A stretch of 63,213 nucleotides of DNA, the filler included, from Basidiobolus meristosporus CBS 931.73 (lineage: Eukaryota; Fungi; Basidiobolomycota): NCBI GenBank assembly GCA_002104905.1. It is 3 parts of 3 records of this genome, joined end to end, with 100 filler letters (N's around TTAATTAATTAA, not from the genome) between each part and the next. Parts side by side here need not be neighbours in the genome. Positions count along the whole stretch, not along the records: positions 12,981 to 37,521 come from MCFE01000947.1; positions 37,622 to 63,213 come from MCFE01000929.1; 1 more part is not named here. The stretch is one strand, 5' to 3'. The translations under genes were made by a program, and so were the position numbers. The notes beneath the pieces were generated by a model. The model was not told the DNA's origin. It searched no databases and worked only from the letters and a program-made list of their open reading frames with translations. Every line of letters starts with the position of its first letter. Within the stretch, counting starts at the first letter, position 1. Shown piece by piece: positions 36,239-49,154 of the stretch.

Positions 36239-37521
36239 ATGGAGGCCGGTCTTTCGCAACAGCAGATGGGCATTTACGAGGAATCCCAAGGCCCAATCAC
36301 CGACATGGACAGCATCGAGCTGGACAAGGAAAACATCAAGCCTTCTCGCCGTGGACGCAGCGCGGCTGCCTTGGCTCAGGTATTCGGGAGCTCTGCCGAC
36401 GAAAGAGCGCAGGACCTGCAAACCCAGCGGGCCGGCTTTGAGAAGGAGTTAGAAGGCATGAATGAGCTAGACGATCCTCTGGACGTTTACCATCGCTACG
36501 TCAAGTGGACGATCGAAAACTACCCCCAAGGCCACAACCAGCAATCCAACCTTGTCCCCCTGCTAGAAAGGGCCACCAGGCATTTTCTGGACGATAACAG
36601 ATACCTCAACGACCCCAGATATCTCCGGATGTGGCTGCTGTATGCTAACCAGGTTCGAGACCCGAAAGTCATCTTCGCCTTCTTGATTCGCAACAACATC
36701 GGCATGGATCTGGCAGCATTCTACCAGGAATACGCGGATCTGCTGGAGAGTCTAAACAGGTATGCGGTGTATGATTGTTGACATCCCCTCCGCAACGCGC
36801 TCATTTCCCAGCAACAGACTAGATCAAGCGGACGAAATCCTCCAGCTCGGGATCAATCGTCGAGCTCAGCCGCTCGAGAGGCTGCTGAGATATCACAAAG
36901 AGTTCCAAAGACGGATGATGGAGCCAGTTGCACAAGAAGCGGACGCCCAGCCCGAGGAGACCCAGGTGAACAGAAGCATCCTCGGCCACAAAGTATCCAG
37001 CACCCGATCGGCGCACCCGAACAGGGGGGGTATTCGCAGCGGTGCACCGCTGGGCCAAAAACCGAACAAGAAGATGAGCATCTTCAGTGACACTGATTCG
37101 GGAAGATCAGTGGTTCCAGACTCCTCAGCCGCCCCCTGGTCACATTTGGGGACAGACGTATCAAGACGGAAAGAGAACATCCGCGAAGCTACTCGGTGGA
37201 AAGGGGTCACTCTGGCACAATCCGGCAGATCTAGACCGATACCGGCTGAGAAGTTGGATGTGTTTCAGGATGAGGTAAGATCGGCTGATTAGTATGGGAA
37301 GTTTGTGCACGATGTTGATTTGCGCCCGTTTGACAGGAATCGGAGGCCAACCCTGTCTCGCTGAACCCGAGGGCCCTGGCAGAGCAGACTCGGAAGCACA
37401 GTGAGGACAGTCTCCTCTTCAGCGACCCACTACGGAACTTCCCCTCCAAAGATGAGCCCCAGCCCACTGCCACCACAAGCAAACGGCTGCCACTATCCAA
37501 AGGACGGGCCAAAGCGGAGAA
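36239..37521 (+). CDS. BUB1/MAD3: Spindle-checkpoint protein BUB1/MAD3 family, 5' part (exons 36239-36759, 36818-37274, 37337 to gap)
   Basis: KEN1 (LDKENIKP), TPR domain (DDPLDVYHRYVKW...YLNDPRYLRMWL), ABBA-like SIFSD, KEN2 (RKENIRE), ABBA-like DVFQDE; GT-AG introns 36760-36817 and 37275-37336 keep the frame; truncated by spacer. Confidence 0.92.
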
Positions 37522-37621
37522 NNNNNNNNNNNNNNNNNNNNNNNNNNNNNNNNNNNNNNNNNNNNTTAATTAATTAANNNNNNNNNNNNNNNNNNNNNNN
37601 NNNNNNNNNNNNNNNNNNNNN
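37522..37621. other. Artificial contig spacer
   Basis: N-run with TTAATTAATTAA at 37566-37577. Confidence 0.97.
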
Positions 37622-40190
37622 TCAAGGCCAATCAGAATGTGCTTATCATGATCACATGACATCCCTGGCCTTCATGATTTCAGCCAAATCAAGTGATGAA
37701 GAAATCCTAGTTCCTTCTAGAAAGGTCTACTACATTCTAGCAAACTTCTTGGAAAGCTCCAAGTCAACATTACACAATGGAACATTCTATGGAAGCTTCC
37801 CATTGGAATTATGTAGTCCATACTCATATATGGTAATTACTATGTCCACATGACCTAGTCACATTGATCAGCTGAGACCAAGACATATCCCCATGTTGAT
37901 ATTCTAGTTTGTTCTTTAGTATATTTCTATCTTGGCACACTTACTGTGCCACACCTCAGAACCCCATCAGTATTAGCCAATATCTCTTGGCATCCATGTT
38001 GCCAAAAAGTATATATAGTCTTATCCCCCTTATGTATTCCTCAGTCTGATAAACACAGGTCTTGAATAAACAGCCTTGCCTTGGAAATCTGCCATGCCTT
38101 GGAAACACATATGGCCTTGTTGATCCACACCTAAGTCCATTCCTGGTCCTGCCTTGCCTAGCTCTACTCTCCTGCCTTGTGTCTATTCATATCAGTTTTA
38201 TCTGACTGCTCCTGACTTACCTGTGGATCTCTGCCTTCTACCCAAAGTTCTTGAAAAGAACTTGTAAAGGAATACCTACCATAAGTATCACCCTGAATCT
38301 TTCCCTAGTCATGTCCTCTAAAGGCAAAGATACTTTACCTTTGTAAGATTATTGGCCAAAGCTGCATTCACTTTATTACCCTGCTGGTGTAGTTTACAGT
38401 TGTTACAGTATTAAAAGCTTTAGTACAATACTCTATCAAAGGACATTAAAGCCAGTACCTTCTGAAGTGACGCTAATGTATTCAAAGTTGGGGATTGTGG
38501 CTCAATAATTGTATTCTTGACAAACTAGTGGCTTTATAACCCACAAATTAGCTAGCAATATCCAGTACTCCTGAACAAGTCCAAGAGACTTCTCTGCCTC
38601 CTGCTACCATGACATGTCCAGCCCAGAGTATAACTTTGCAAGTCTCATGGCTGCCTTTGCCCAGCTGCAACAAGACAATGCAGACCTCAGAAACTCTGTT
38701 GCTCAGCTCCAGAGCCAAAATGCTCAGCAGCCTATCCAGGCTCCATCCTACCATGATCCTAAGATCACTTCCACTACCAAGCTCAGTGGCTGCCAGAGCA
38801 AATTCCAAGGTTTCATCAACATAGTGAAACACCACTTGTCACTACAACCCAATCAGTCCCCAATAGATCAAGCAAAAGTTGGTTATATATCTAACCTGCT
38901 GACTGGAACTGCCCAGAACTGGCTCTCCCCTTTGGTGGGAACCAACTCCCCTCTACTCAGCAACTACCATGCCTTCCTCACAGAAATGGAGCTAGCATTT
39001 GGCAACATTGACCAAGCCAGAACTGCTGCCAACAAGATCAAGAACTTGAAGCAAGGAAACAGACCTGCATCTGTATATGCTTCTAAATTTTGGCTACTAG
39101 CCAGTGATTTGAGCCTTTGGGGTGATGCGGCCCTAATTAGACAATTTCAAGATGGGCTCTATGATTAAGTCAGTGACCTACTCCTCACTCTCCCTGACCC
39201 AACCACCTTGGGTGAAGCTATTCATGATGCAATCCAATGTGTCAATGTGTGTCTTTTCCAGAAGAAACAGAAATCCCAACAGGTTTATCAGCCAACCTCC
39301 TTCCCAGTAACCCAGTCACCCAATACTAAGCCTGATGATCCTATGCAAATTGACAGTGCTAAATATAAGAAACTTACAAAAGAAGAAAGATCTAGACATC
39401 AACAAGCAAACCTCTGCCTTTACTGTGGCCAGCCAGACTGCCTTACCAAGTCTTGTCCTAACAAGAATTCAAGCTTCAAGCTCCTGCAATCATCCAGCAA
39501 ACAGTCTTCTCCTGAATTATTGGGAAACTCCAATGTCCAGTTACAATGACAGGCTTGCAACTGGACCCTCCAACAAAAATTCAGCATATTCAAGAAAATC
39601 ATATGCTACCAAGTCCATGCAGTCCTTAAGAATGCCTGTCAGCATCTACATCCCTGAATCCAGCCCTGTCTGTGTCCTTGCCCTCATAGATTCTGGTGCT
39701 TCCTCCTGTTTCATCAACCAGTCATTTGACCAGAAGCACAAAATCCCCACTATCCTTAAATCCTGTGCTGTCCAGGTAGAAGATATTGATGGTAGATCCC
39801 TCTCTTCTGGTGCTGTTACCCATGAGACATGTCTACTCCAGCTGTCCAGTACTGGTCACCACAAGACACTAGCCTTCAACATCATCAATTCTCCCCACTG
39901 CTCCATAGTCCTTGGAAGCTCATGGCTTAGTCACCATAACCCAGCTATCAACTGGAAGACCAAAATCCTGACATTCCTCAGAGTCCACCATGTCAACTCC
40001 ATGAAGCCACCTGATTTTTCAGGTAGAGAAGTACCATTTCCTATGCTACCCCAGACCCAGGAGCCCATCATCACTGAGGGAACCCCCTCCAATGGAATAT
40101 CTGCCAGGTATTAAGAGTTTGCCCATGTCTTTGACAAGAAGAAAGCCAAACCACTCCCAACCCGTAAACCCTAAAAGTCTACCCAAGCCA
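37622..40190 (+). mobile_element. Truncated Ty3/gypsy (Tf1/sushi-like): LTR/leader, gag, zinc knuckle, protease
   Basis: Family A LTR; gag 38614-39168 (AKVGYISNLLTGTAQNW...LKQGNRPASVY); decayed knuckle CLYCGQPDCLTKSC; protease ALIDSGASSCF. Confidence 0.88.
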
Positions 40191-41199
40191 GAGACAGGGA
40201 AGCATGAGAAAGAAGCAGCAGTTTGCACCAATAAATGCCAACAGTGCAGAACAGGCTGATTCCCATAATAACCAGTAAGAATTACCAACAAGAAAACAGT
40301 TGCTTTCTCAAGAGTTGGAAGTGCCACCAGTTGAGCCACATTCCAGTGAGGTAGATGAGTTTGCTGAGAAATTCAACTTGTCTATCACTGCCTCCACATC
40401 CTTCATTGTAGACAGAGTGGAGATCCCACTAACAAACAAAGCAACAATGTCAAGAGGGCAAAGACTATCACAATACCTACAGTGGAGTTTTGGAACATCA
40501 ATAGGCACATCATGAGGTTGCAGCACTTCTGCAAGCGCAGTAGTTGAGAATATGCATTTGGATACTGCAAAGATTTATTGCAAAAACTGGCAGATGAGAT
40601 GCTAGACCTTGCATTGACAGCTGGAGAGCAGAATGTATGAGAGCCAGTGAATGAATGGTAGCATAAAGCCAAAGGATTCCCACCAAGGTCATGGAAAATG
40701 GGCATCACAGTACAAGTATTTACTGAGTAGTGGATTTAATGGAGTTACTTGTTGCCTGTGGGGTTGGGCTTAATGTTAATGTTGGGTAAAAGGACTTATT
40801 CAGGTCAATACAATTTGTAATTGTGGTACAAATGAAGCTTCAATGTAAATAAATCAATTTGTATGTATGAAAAGTAAGAGAATTGATCAGGTCAGTAAGT
40901 AAGGAGTGTGAAAAAGAGGCAATAGCTAATCAATGAACACAAGCATAGGAGGTAACTGAGTGTCTGGGATAAGAAAGTGTGAAAATTGGCAAAGAACCAA
41001 TCAAAGGCTAATAATGTATTGTTGTGATGAAAGATTTTGATCAAGTGTTTTGAGAAAACTGGGATGCAGTTTTTTTCAACAGTCTTTGCATGGTGTCCTG
41101 ACTGAATCAATACCTTTTAGTAATAAAACTTTAATTTTGTGATTGCCTCTTGACAGTGTTAGCATAATTATTTCTAATAGGGAATACAGACTTCTGTTG

Positions 41200-43200
41200 G
41201 TATTATCATAGCAGTACAGTGGCCTTCAGCTAGTCCTGTACAATGCTACCATGCCAATTTACTAGATGGTATTTCATTTTTTTACCTCTCCTTGTGCCAT
41301 TCCGTTATTATTCTGTAAATCACACTTTAAATGCTTACCCCCTGACACCAGGAGTATTCCTAATATAGCTTTAATAAAAAAAACAATGGCCTCTGGCTTG
41401 CTAACCTCTATATTTGCATATACATGCGGCTATTAAATAACTTCTATCACCTTGACTCTATGGCATCTCAGAGTGATACTTGTAAAGTGGATATGCACCT
41501 TGTATGCTTTGTAGCATATAGATCTTGCCAACATATGCTTGATTATTGTCACTTTGGTCATTAATACCTCTTGAATAATCACAAATACTTTTCTGTACTT
41601 GATCAGTATACTTCTTCTCTCTACTGGACTCTGGCCCCCCTTATTAGTGTGCTATGATTCTTAATTGTATAAATTGTGACTGAAAGATGCATAAATCAGC
41701 TGGTACATAGAGAAACATGGCATTTTTTGGTAAAGTAGTCCTGATAAAAATTAGCAGATAGTTGCACTCAACCCAGCCTTGCCTTACCAAACTGATTACC
41801 CACACATTGGGACTACTTAGCTTCTTGATGTCATAGGTATTGGTGTCTCCATGTGCACATCTGCCATCAGTACTTTACCAACTCTTCCTGCCTGTCCCCC
41901 ATATGTCCACACATCAGATTCATGACAGAATTAAAGGTAATATATTTAAGGAGATTAGGTTATAGCCCTACTAGCAGCTTAGCTTGTCTTCCTAACCCCC
42001 ACACATCCACTCCACAGCAAACCCACACAGAGTGAAGTAAGGTCCAATATTCTCCACATACCAAGCAAGTTGTAGTTGAGAATGATCCAGTAGTGGCAAA
42101 GATCTATGTACTCCGCTGTATGCTTGTGGTATAGCTGCCCAAGTCCTGGCACACACTCCTTGCATGCATGCTATAAATGATCAAAAATAGCGTAGGTGAG
42201 CTGATTCTGGATATACACTGCTACAGTGTCTACATATGATTCCCAATGCTCCCAATGTACTCTGGGCAGAGGTCACTTCAGAAGGCCACATAAGTAAGTA
42301 CATATCCAGCTCATCCAGTCCTTGTATTTGTATTGTTGCATATGCACATGAATACTAATTGGAGCTTGTGAGAAGTATATTGAGTAACAGATACTCCATA
42401 ATAGCTTGCTAATGCTCTCAGACTTCCCATATATCTTAAAGAACTCATTTAGCTCTGAATACCCCATGGGTATCCTAGTCATCAGTGTTGAGATATTGCT
42501 GCATAGAACTACATATTGATTGCAGTAAAAAAACTTTTGCTCCAACAGATTCCCTGCATCTTATGTATCTCTAGTTGCCAATTAATTCTGTACTCTGACC
42601 AATGCCTTATAATTTGTCAGCTTTGCTGCAATTGCATGCTGAATTCTCTAAATTCTCTCTGTGGAAGGATGATGATCTTAGTGCTGGTGGCTAGATGGTT
42701 ATAATACATGGGACTATGAAGAAAATCCTCTTAATCTCTCACATTTAATAGCAACACTGTCTATTGCAAGTGGAAAAGCTAACTATCTTGCTGATGGCTG
42801 GAGTATTTCTAATGTTGATTATAACCTGTACTTTACCTCAACTCCCATCTGCCAGCAACCTGTTATGCAGCACAAAAGATTCATCCAATAATGGATACAG
42901 GCAGCTATCCAGGTTGGAAGGTGATCTGGGCTCAGATATTAGTGAGATTACCATCAGATTTGTGCTCTAACTCTGCACAATTAGTGGCATATCAAGGCTG
43001 ATGAGACTTAATGGCCAGCAGGATTTGTTAGTATGATACTTGTGTAAAAAGAACCCACCAAGTACTATTGCCTACACTTGATTATGCTAATTGGCTATCA
43101 TGTCATTTTTACACTTTTTACATGATTACTCAATTGGTGGTCATATTTTTCCTGCATACTGGTTAGTTTTTCTGTATAGTATAAAGGTGTAACTTAGCAG
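41200..43200 (-). mobile_element. Degenerate CACTA/EnSpm-like (Tnp2 family) transposase relic, copy 1
   Basis: Visible nucleotide similarity to 54400-57300 (e.g. CTTGCTGATGGCTGG, AATGGCCTC..CTTGCTAACCTC); heavily stop-riddled. Confidence 0.6.
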
Positions 43201-43765
43201 CAGACTGCTAGCCAAGTATAAAACTGTGTTGCAACTGAACAGAATAGTAAGTGAATATTAGACTTCCTCCTTTGGATAGTGATACATACTATCAGCCTGT
43301 TTATAGTGCCAGATCAATCAGGCACTCTACAGCACTATCTGGCACTGTAGTTTCTACAACAATGCCAGTGGTAGGATATAGTTACTGATGATTTTATTTA
43401 ATCTTACTTATATTGCTTGGATTAGTGCTTTCCTTGCATTTTTACTCTTCATAATGCTCCAGACACATTTCTCTCAGTGGAAGTCTTCTTGTATGAATGT
43501 ACTGTGCATTGATAAGTATCTTAACTATTTTGCATATTTTGCTGTTTTCTCCTATATATGACTTTCCTCTGCACTCACCAGCCAATATGCTAAATCTCTT
43601 CAGATATCCAAATATATGCTCTACCCTCACTTTGAAATGATTAAGTATCTAATTGTAGAGCTTCTACTTCCTGCTAAGCACATCATTCCTTGGCTTCCTA
43701 TATGCTGTAATACATCCTAATCTCTGACAATTCTCTCCTATATAAGCTAAGTCTGTCATACATTA

Positions 43766-44496
43766 GACTTGTTCCATTGGATAGTGTCACATTGAGCCAT
43801 GAGTGCCAAATGATGCCATAGTGTGCCAAGGAGGCCAAGTGAGCCTATGCTTGGCCACAGAGTGTGAAACACAGCTCTGCATCTTCATGCAGAGCAGCCC
43901 CTATGTTTCACTCATTGAGCTGGAGAAAATCCACTTTTTGACCTTTTTTTTGGATCAATGTTGTGCAGGAAGTGTAAGAACACAAATAGATTGAAGACAT
44001 GCATCTGATACTCAATATCCATGGCACTCTGAATCTAGCTCCTGTGGCTTGTATCATGTCACAAAAATGCATGGCACTATCTTGGTCCACTGGTACCATC
44101 AGGCACTATATTTAAATATAAGCCCTAAAGTAAAACCTATATAAAGCACTTATAGTGCCAGATAGTACCAGTGGACCAAGATAGTGCCATGTGTTTTTGT
44201 GACATGATACAAGCCACAGGAGCTAGATTCAGAGTGCCATGGGTACTGAGTATCAGATGCATGTCTTCAGTCCTTCTGTGCTCTCCCACATCCTGAGCTA
44301 CATTGATCCAGTAAAAAAGGTCAAAAAATGAATTTTCTCCAGCACAATGGGTGAAACACTGGGGCTGCTTTGCATGAAGATGCAAAGCTGTGTTTCACAC
44401 CCTGTGGCCAAGTATAGGCTCACTTGGCTTCCTTGGCACTTTATGGTATCATTTGGCACTCATGGCTCAATGTGGCACTATCCAATGGAACAAGTG
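43766..44496. mobile_element. Foldback/MITE-like element copy 1 (about 345-bp inverted arms, short AT-rich spacer)
   Basis: Starts GACTTGTTCCATTGGATAG, ends CTATCCAATGGAACAAGTG; TA on both flanks. Confidence 0.9.
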
Positions 44497-44897
44497 TATT
44501 TCTCCCCTCCACTGAATTCTGGAAAATTTTCTACCCAGAGTGCTTTGTCATGCCTACTTCCAGCAATGGCCTGCTAAACCAGAAGATGTTACCCTCAATG
44601 TCAGACAGTGCCTAAAACTTCACACAGTGTGCCTTGTACTTGACAGAATAAAAGTGCCTCTACCCTCTAGAAGGTCTTTTAATCCTGACTGGGAAGGTAT
44701 CCAAAATACTCCTTATATAGAACCTGTTGCTGAACACTCCAGGATATGGAAGACTATTGGAGCTTCTGAGCCTAGTATTCCAAGCTTGCTCCAAGTCATT
44801 CATGCCCTCTTGAAGGTAGTTTTCCATTGCTGCCAGCTGGGAAGGAAAGTTTTAGGACTTTTGTTGCCATGGATGGTAGGATGAAACCTTGTGGCGC

Positions 44898-45969
44898 TGT
44901 GGTGGTGTATAGGTCCAAGGGAGAGATACGTCCAACACTTCTCAAGTGTTTTGTGTGTGGGGTGTTCACTGGGTGCAATAACCTCTGGCAAAAGCTTGCT
45001 AGGAATACTTGGGTTCTGTCTCTAATCTAATGTGAAGGGGAATTAAGCCACAAGCTTGTCAAGGGAAAACTATTGAGCTACAATCCCCAACTTAGTTGGC
45101 GTCTTAACAAAAGTATGTGCTGGGTTCAGCGTCCTTTGAGATGACAATGTACTAAAGCTTCCAAAGTCAAAACAACTGTAAACTCCACCAGCAGGGACTT
45201 GATAAGAATGCAGCTTTGGTCAATAGTTACAAAGACAGAAAAGTATCTTTGCCTGTACAAGAACAAACTTGGGAAAGAATCAAATATAATAAAAGATACC
45301 TACTCTGAGTATTCCTCACAAGTAGTGCCTCCAAGGTCAGTTGGCTGTCAGCGCGGTTTCCTGGGAGTGTCCTGTGGTCTAGGGTTGGAAGTTCAGGTAG
45401 CAGCAGGTAGCAGTGATCACACTAATCAACAAGTCGGTATATTGATAAAAGGGATGATGATTTATTGTTGAGGGATAGCCTCCCTTATATACTTTTCTTC
45501 ACTGGCTAAGTGATTACTAATCATGATGTTCCAGAAGGTTCCGGAGTTCAATAGAAATCTTAATGACATCAGAATGACCTAAGAATGTTCTAAGTAGGTG
45601 CCGGAAGGTTCTAAGAGGCACAGCACATCCAACCAATCAGGAATCAGTATTCTGAAACCTGTGTAACATGGGGATACCATATATGGTATGGAAATGGTAG
45701 GGATGGTGACACGGGTTGATCATGTGTCACGGGTACTGGCGCGGGTACTTGCCTAATATAGAAGCACTTGTAACTAGTAATCTTACATAAAGTGAGGGGT
45801 AACTTATGCAATAAGGTAAGCAGGTGTGATAGTCAACCGGCTTATGGGATAGTACTGATTGGGTAAGACAAATGGGATAAAACTAAAATGAGTGTAGTAG
45901 GGATATAGGGAAGTAGAAAATAAGGGAATGAGCACATCTGTTAGTGGGTGTCACTGTCACCCCACTACA
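44898..45969 (-). mobile_element. Solo LTR family C (1072 bp)
   Basis: TGTAGTGGGG...ACCACCACA termini with perfect 4-bp GCGC duplication (44894-44897, 45970-45973). Confidence 0.9.
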
Positions 45970-46588
45970 GCGCAATAGCTCTTGTAATAGCAGAGAAGCT
46001 TAACAGGGGATCTCCTTGAGTAGATTGGGGTAGATGGTCCATAGTACTTGGTATAGGTATCCTTTGATGTGTTAAAAGGAAGCCCAGTGGTAGTCATAAG
46101 ATGGATGAGAAATGACCGTTCCGGTGAGCAAGTTATATCAAAATTGGTAGGTGATAGGTCCAAGGTGAATTGATTGGATTTGGCACAATCAGCTTTGTTT
46201 ATCTGATTTTCTATGCATTATGATTAAATCTCCATCAGTTGCCATATATCTAATCATTATGTTGCAAAAATCATGCTCAAACAATGACTTGGTATTTTTA
46301 TTGATGTTTTACTCAGTAGTCTATAATTAAATAAGAAATCTGCAAGTGATGGGATCCAATTCATGTCAATGCAATCCCAGATGCAGCACGCATAATATAT
46401 GGAAGACTCAACAATCACATTAGTTTTCATATATATTTCATATTAGACCAGGTTGATGCCAATACACTACTGTGTAAGTATCCAAATCCATCACCATGGC
46501 CTCTATACCAAGTCTCAACTCATCTTTAGTACAACCCAGACAAAACCTATCCCCCAGCTCACAAGCATGGTCTTGACTGGAAAAGCTG

Positions 46589-47202
46589 ATGTTGGATCCA
46601 TTTGAGTTCTTGCCAAATGATTTCAGTATGGCCCAAGTGTGTATGATGAGCCTCCATACAGATACTAGGGCACTACTCATTAATCTAGCAGAACTATATA
46701 CCTTGGATAGTCCACAGAGATGGAAGAACCTGAGTAGAAAGCTATGGCATGAGCTCTACATCATGATGCCAGCAGATGTATGTAAGAAGATGTATAAGAA
46801 GGCAAGTATTAAAATCAAGAATGAGCTGAGAGTGAGGGGATTTGATGAGGAAGCTGCATGGGAACAATTCAGTTTGCTCAGTACAGGCTGGACACGTCTG
46901 TTTGTGGCTCAACTTTGGGAATCAAAAGTATTTTGAATGAGTTTTTGTTTTAAATGACTAAAGTATTATGTGATATATTAATAGAGCTAAGTGGCTTCCA
47001 AGAGCAATATACACAGGACTCATCCAGGCAACAGTTCCAAAGTATCAGACAGAGGGTAAGTAAGCACCTTGAGGAATCAGAAGATGAGCTTCAAGAGGAA
47101 GAATACAGACTACAAGCAACAGCATATAGATTGCACCAACACGCCTTGCTGGATTCCTTACCATCCCTTGCAACTTCAGCATGTCAGTGCATGTCAGTCT
47201 AA
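46589..47202 (+). pseudogene. Broken ORFs divergent from the DDE transposase; possible accessory gene of that transposon
   Basis: Two adjacent ORFs (115 and 82 aa) in a CpG-depleted tract; no family recognised. Confidence 0.3.
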
Positions 47203-47247
47203 ACTACACCAACACCTATGACAAGAGTGCCCAGCATTAAGTCAATA

Positions 47248-47978
47248 GACTTGTTCCTTTGGATAGTGCCACATTGAGCCATGAGTGCCAAATGATGCCA
47301 TAGTGTGCCAGGGAGGCCAAGTGAGCCTATACTTGGCCACAGAGTGTAAAACATAGCTCTGCATCTTCATGCAAAGCAGCCCCTGTGTTTCACCCATTGT
47401 ACTGAAGAAAATCCATTTTTTAACCTGTTTTTTTGTGTCAAAGTTGTTCAGGACATGTAAGAGCACAAAGGATTGAAGACATGCACCTGGTACTCAATAC
47501 CAATGGCACTCTGAATCTAGCTCCTTTATGTTGTATCATGTCACAAAAATGCATGGCACTATCTTGGTCCACTGGTACTATCTGGCACTGTACTTTAATA
47601 TTATCCCTAAAGTAAGATCTATACAAAGCACTTGTAGTGCCAGATAGTACCAGTGGACTAAGATAGTGCCATGCATTTTTATGATATGATACAACATACA
47701 GGAGCTAGATTCAGAGTGCCATTGGTATTGAGTACCAGGTGCATGTCTTCAGTCCTTCTGTGCTCCTACACATCCTGCACAACATTGATCCAAAAAAAAA
47801 GGCCAGAAAATGGATTTTCTCCAGCATGGTGAGTGAGACAAAGGGGCTGCTTTGCATGAAGATGCAGAGCTATGTTTTACACTGTGTGGCCAAGTATAGG
47901 CTTATTTGGCCTCCCTGGCAAACTATGGCATCATTTGGCACTCATGGCTCAATGTGGCACTATCCAATGGAACAAGTC
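47248..47978. mobile_element. Foldback element copy 2
   Basis: TA-GACTTGTTCC...GGAACAAGTC-TA; same arms as copy 1. Confidence 0.9.
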
Positions 47979-48001
47979 TAATGCATGTTGGGTCAATGTG
48001 C

Positions 48002-49072
48002 TGTAGTGGGGTCACAGTGACACCCACTGACAGATGTGCTCATTCCCATATTTTCAACTTCCCTATTTCTCTACTACACTTATTTTAGTTTTATCCCATT
48101 TGTCTTACCTGATTAGTACTATCCCATAAGCCGGTTGACTATCACACCTGCTTACTGTATTGCATAAGTTATCCCTAACTTTATGTAAGATTACTAGCAC
48201 TAAGTGCTTCTATATTAGGCAAGTACCCACACCAGTACCCATGACACATGACCAACCCATGTCACCATCCCTACTATTTCCATGCCATATATGGTATGCC
48301 TATGTTGCACAGGTCTCAGAGTACTGATTCCTGTTTTGTTGGATGTGCTGTGCCTCATGGAGCCTTCCAGCACATACTTAGAACACTCTTAGGTCATTCT
48401 GATGTCATTAAGCTTTCTATTGATATCCAGAACCTTCTGGAACACCATGATTAGTAACCACTTAGTCAGTAAGAAAAATAAATAAGGGAGGCTATCACTC
48501 AACAATAAATCATCATCCCTTTTGTCAATTTACTGACTGGTTGATTAGTGTGATCACTGCTACCTGCTGCTACCTGAACTTCCAACCCCAGACCACAGGA
48601 CACTCCCAGGAAACAGCACTGACAGCCAACTGACCTTGGAGGCACTACTGGTGAGGAATACTCAGAGTAGGTATCTTTTATTATATTTGATTCTTTCCCA
48701 AGTTTGCTCCTGTACAGGCAAGGATACTTTTCTGTCCTTGTAACTATTGACCACAGCTGCATTCTTATCAAGTACCTGCTGGTGGAGTTTACAGTTGTTT
48801 TGACATTGGAAGCTTTAGTACATTGTCATATCAAAGGATGCTGAACCCAGGACATACTTTTGATAAGACACCAACTAAGTTGGGGATTGTAGCTCAATAG
48901 TTTTCCCTTGACAAGCTTGTGGCTTTATTCCCCATGACAATGGATTAGTGACAGAACCCAAGTATTTGCAGCAAGCTTTTGCCAGAGGTTATTGCACCCA
49001 GTGAACACCCCACACACAAAACACTTGAGAAGTGCTGGACGTATCTCTCCCTTGGACTTACACACCACCACA
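48002..49072 (+). mobile_element. Solo LTR family C, second copy
   Basis: Reverse complement of 44898-45969; flanks GTGC and GCAT(G) are CpG-decay derivatives of GCGC. Confidence 0.9.
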
Positions 49073-49154
49073 GCATGTGCTTCTGAGCAAAATCACCAGA
49101 ACTTGCCTAACTGCTCAAAAAGACATGAGTCCATTGGAGTAGGCCAAGTCACAT

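Larger units (their letters stand above)
43442..46163 (-). mobile_element. Degenerate DDE_Tnp_4 (PIF/Harbinger or IS5-like) transposase, interrupted by a foldback element and a solo LTR
   Basis: Manual translation gives ILDTFPVRIKRP...FYSVKYKAHCVKF, GSRHD, DLAYIG...YRKP...YN...RVEHIFGYLKRF in order on the minus strand. Confidence 0.8.

Noticed and set aside
45199-48771. Twin 90-aa ORFs MIRMQLWSIVT... (45199 plus strand, 48499 minus strand)
   Set aside because: Antisense frames inside the two copies of solo LTR C.
44898-49072. Inverted LTR C pair as the ends of one DIRS-like or composite element
   Set aside because: Each copy has TG...CA ends and its own 4-bp target duplication, so they are independent solo LTRs.
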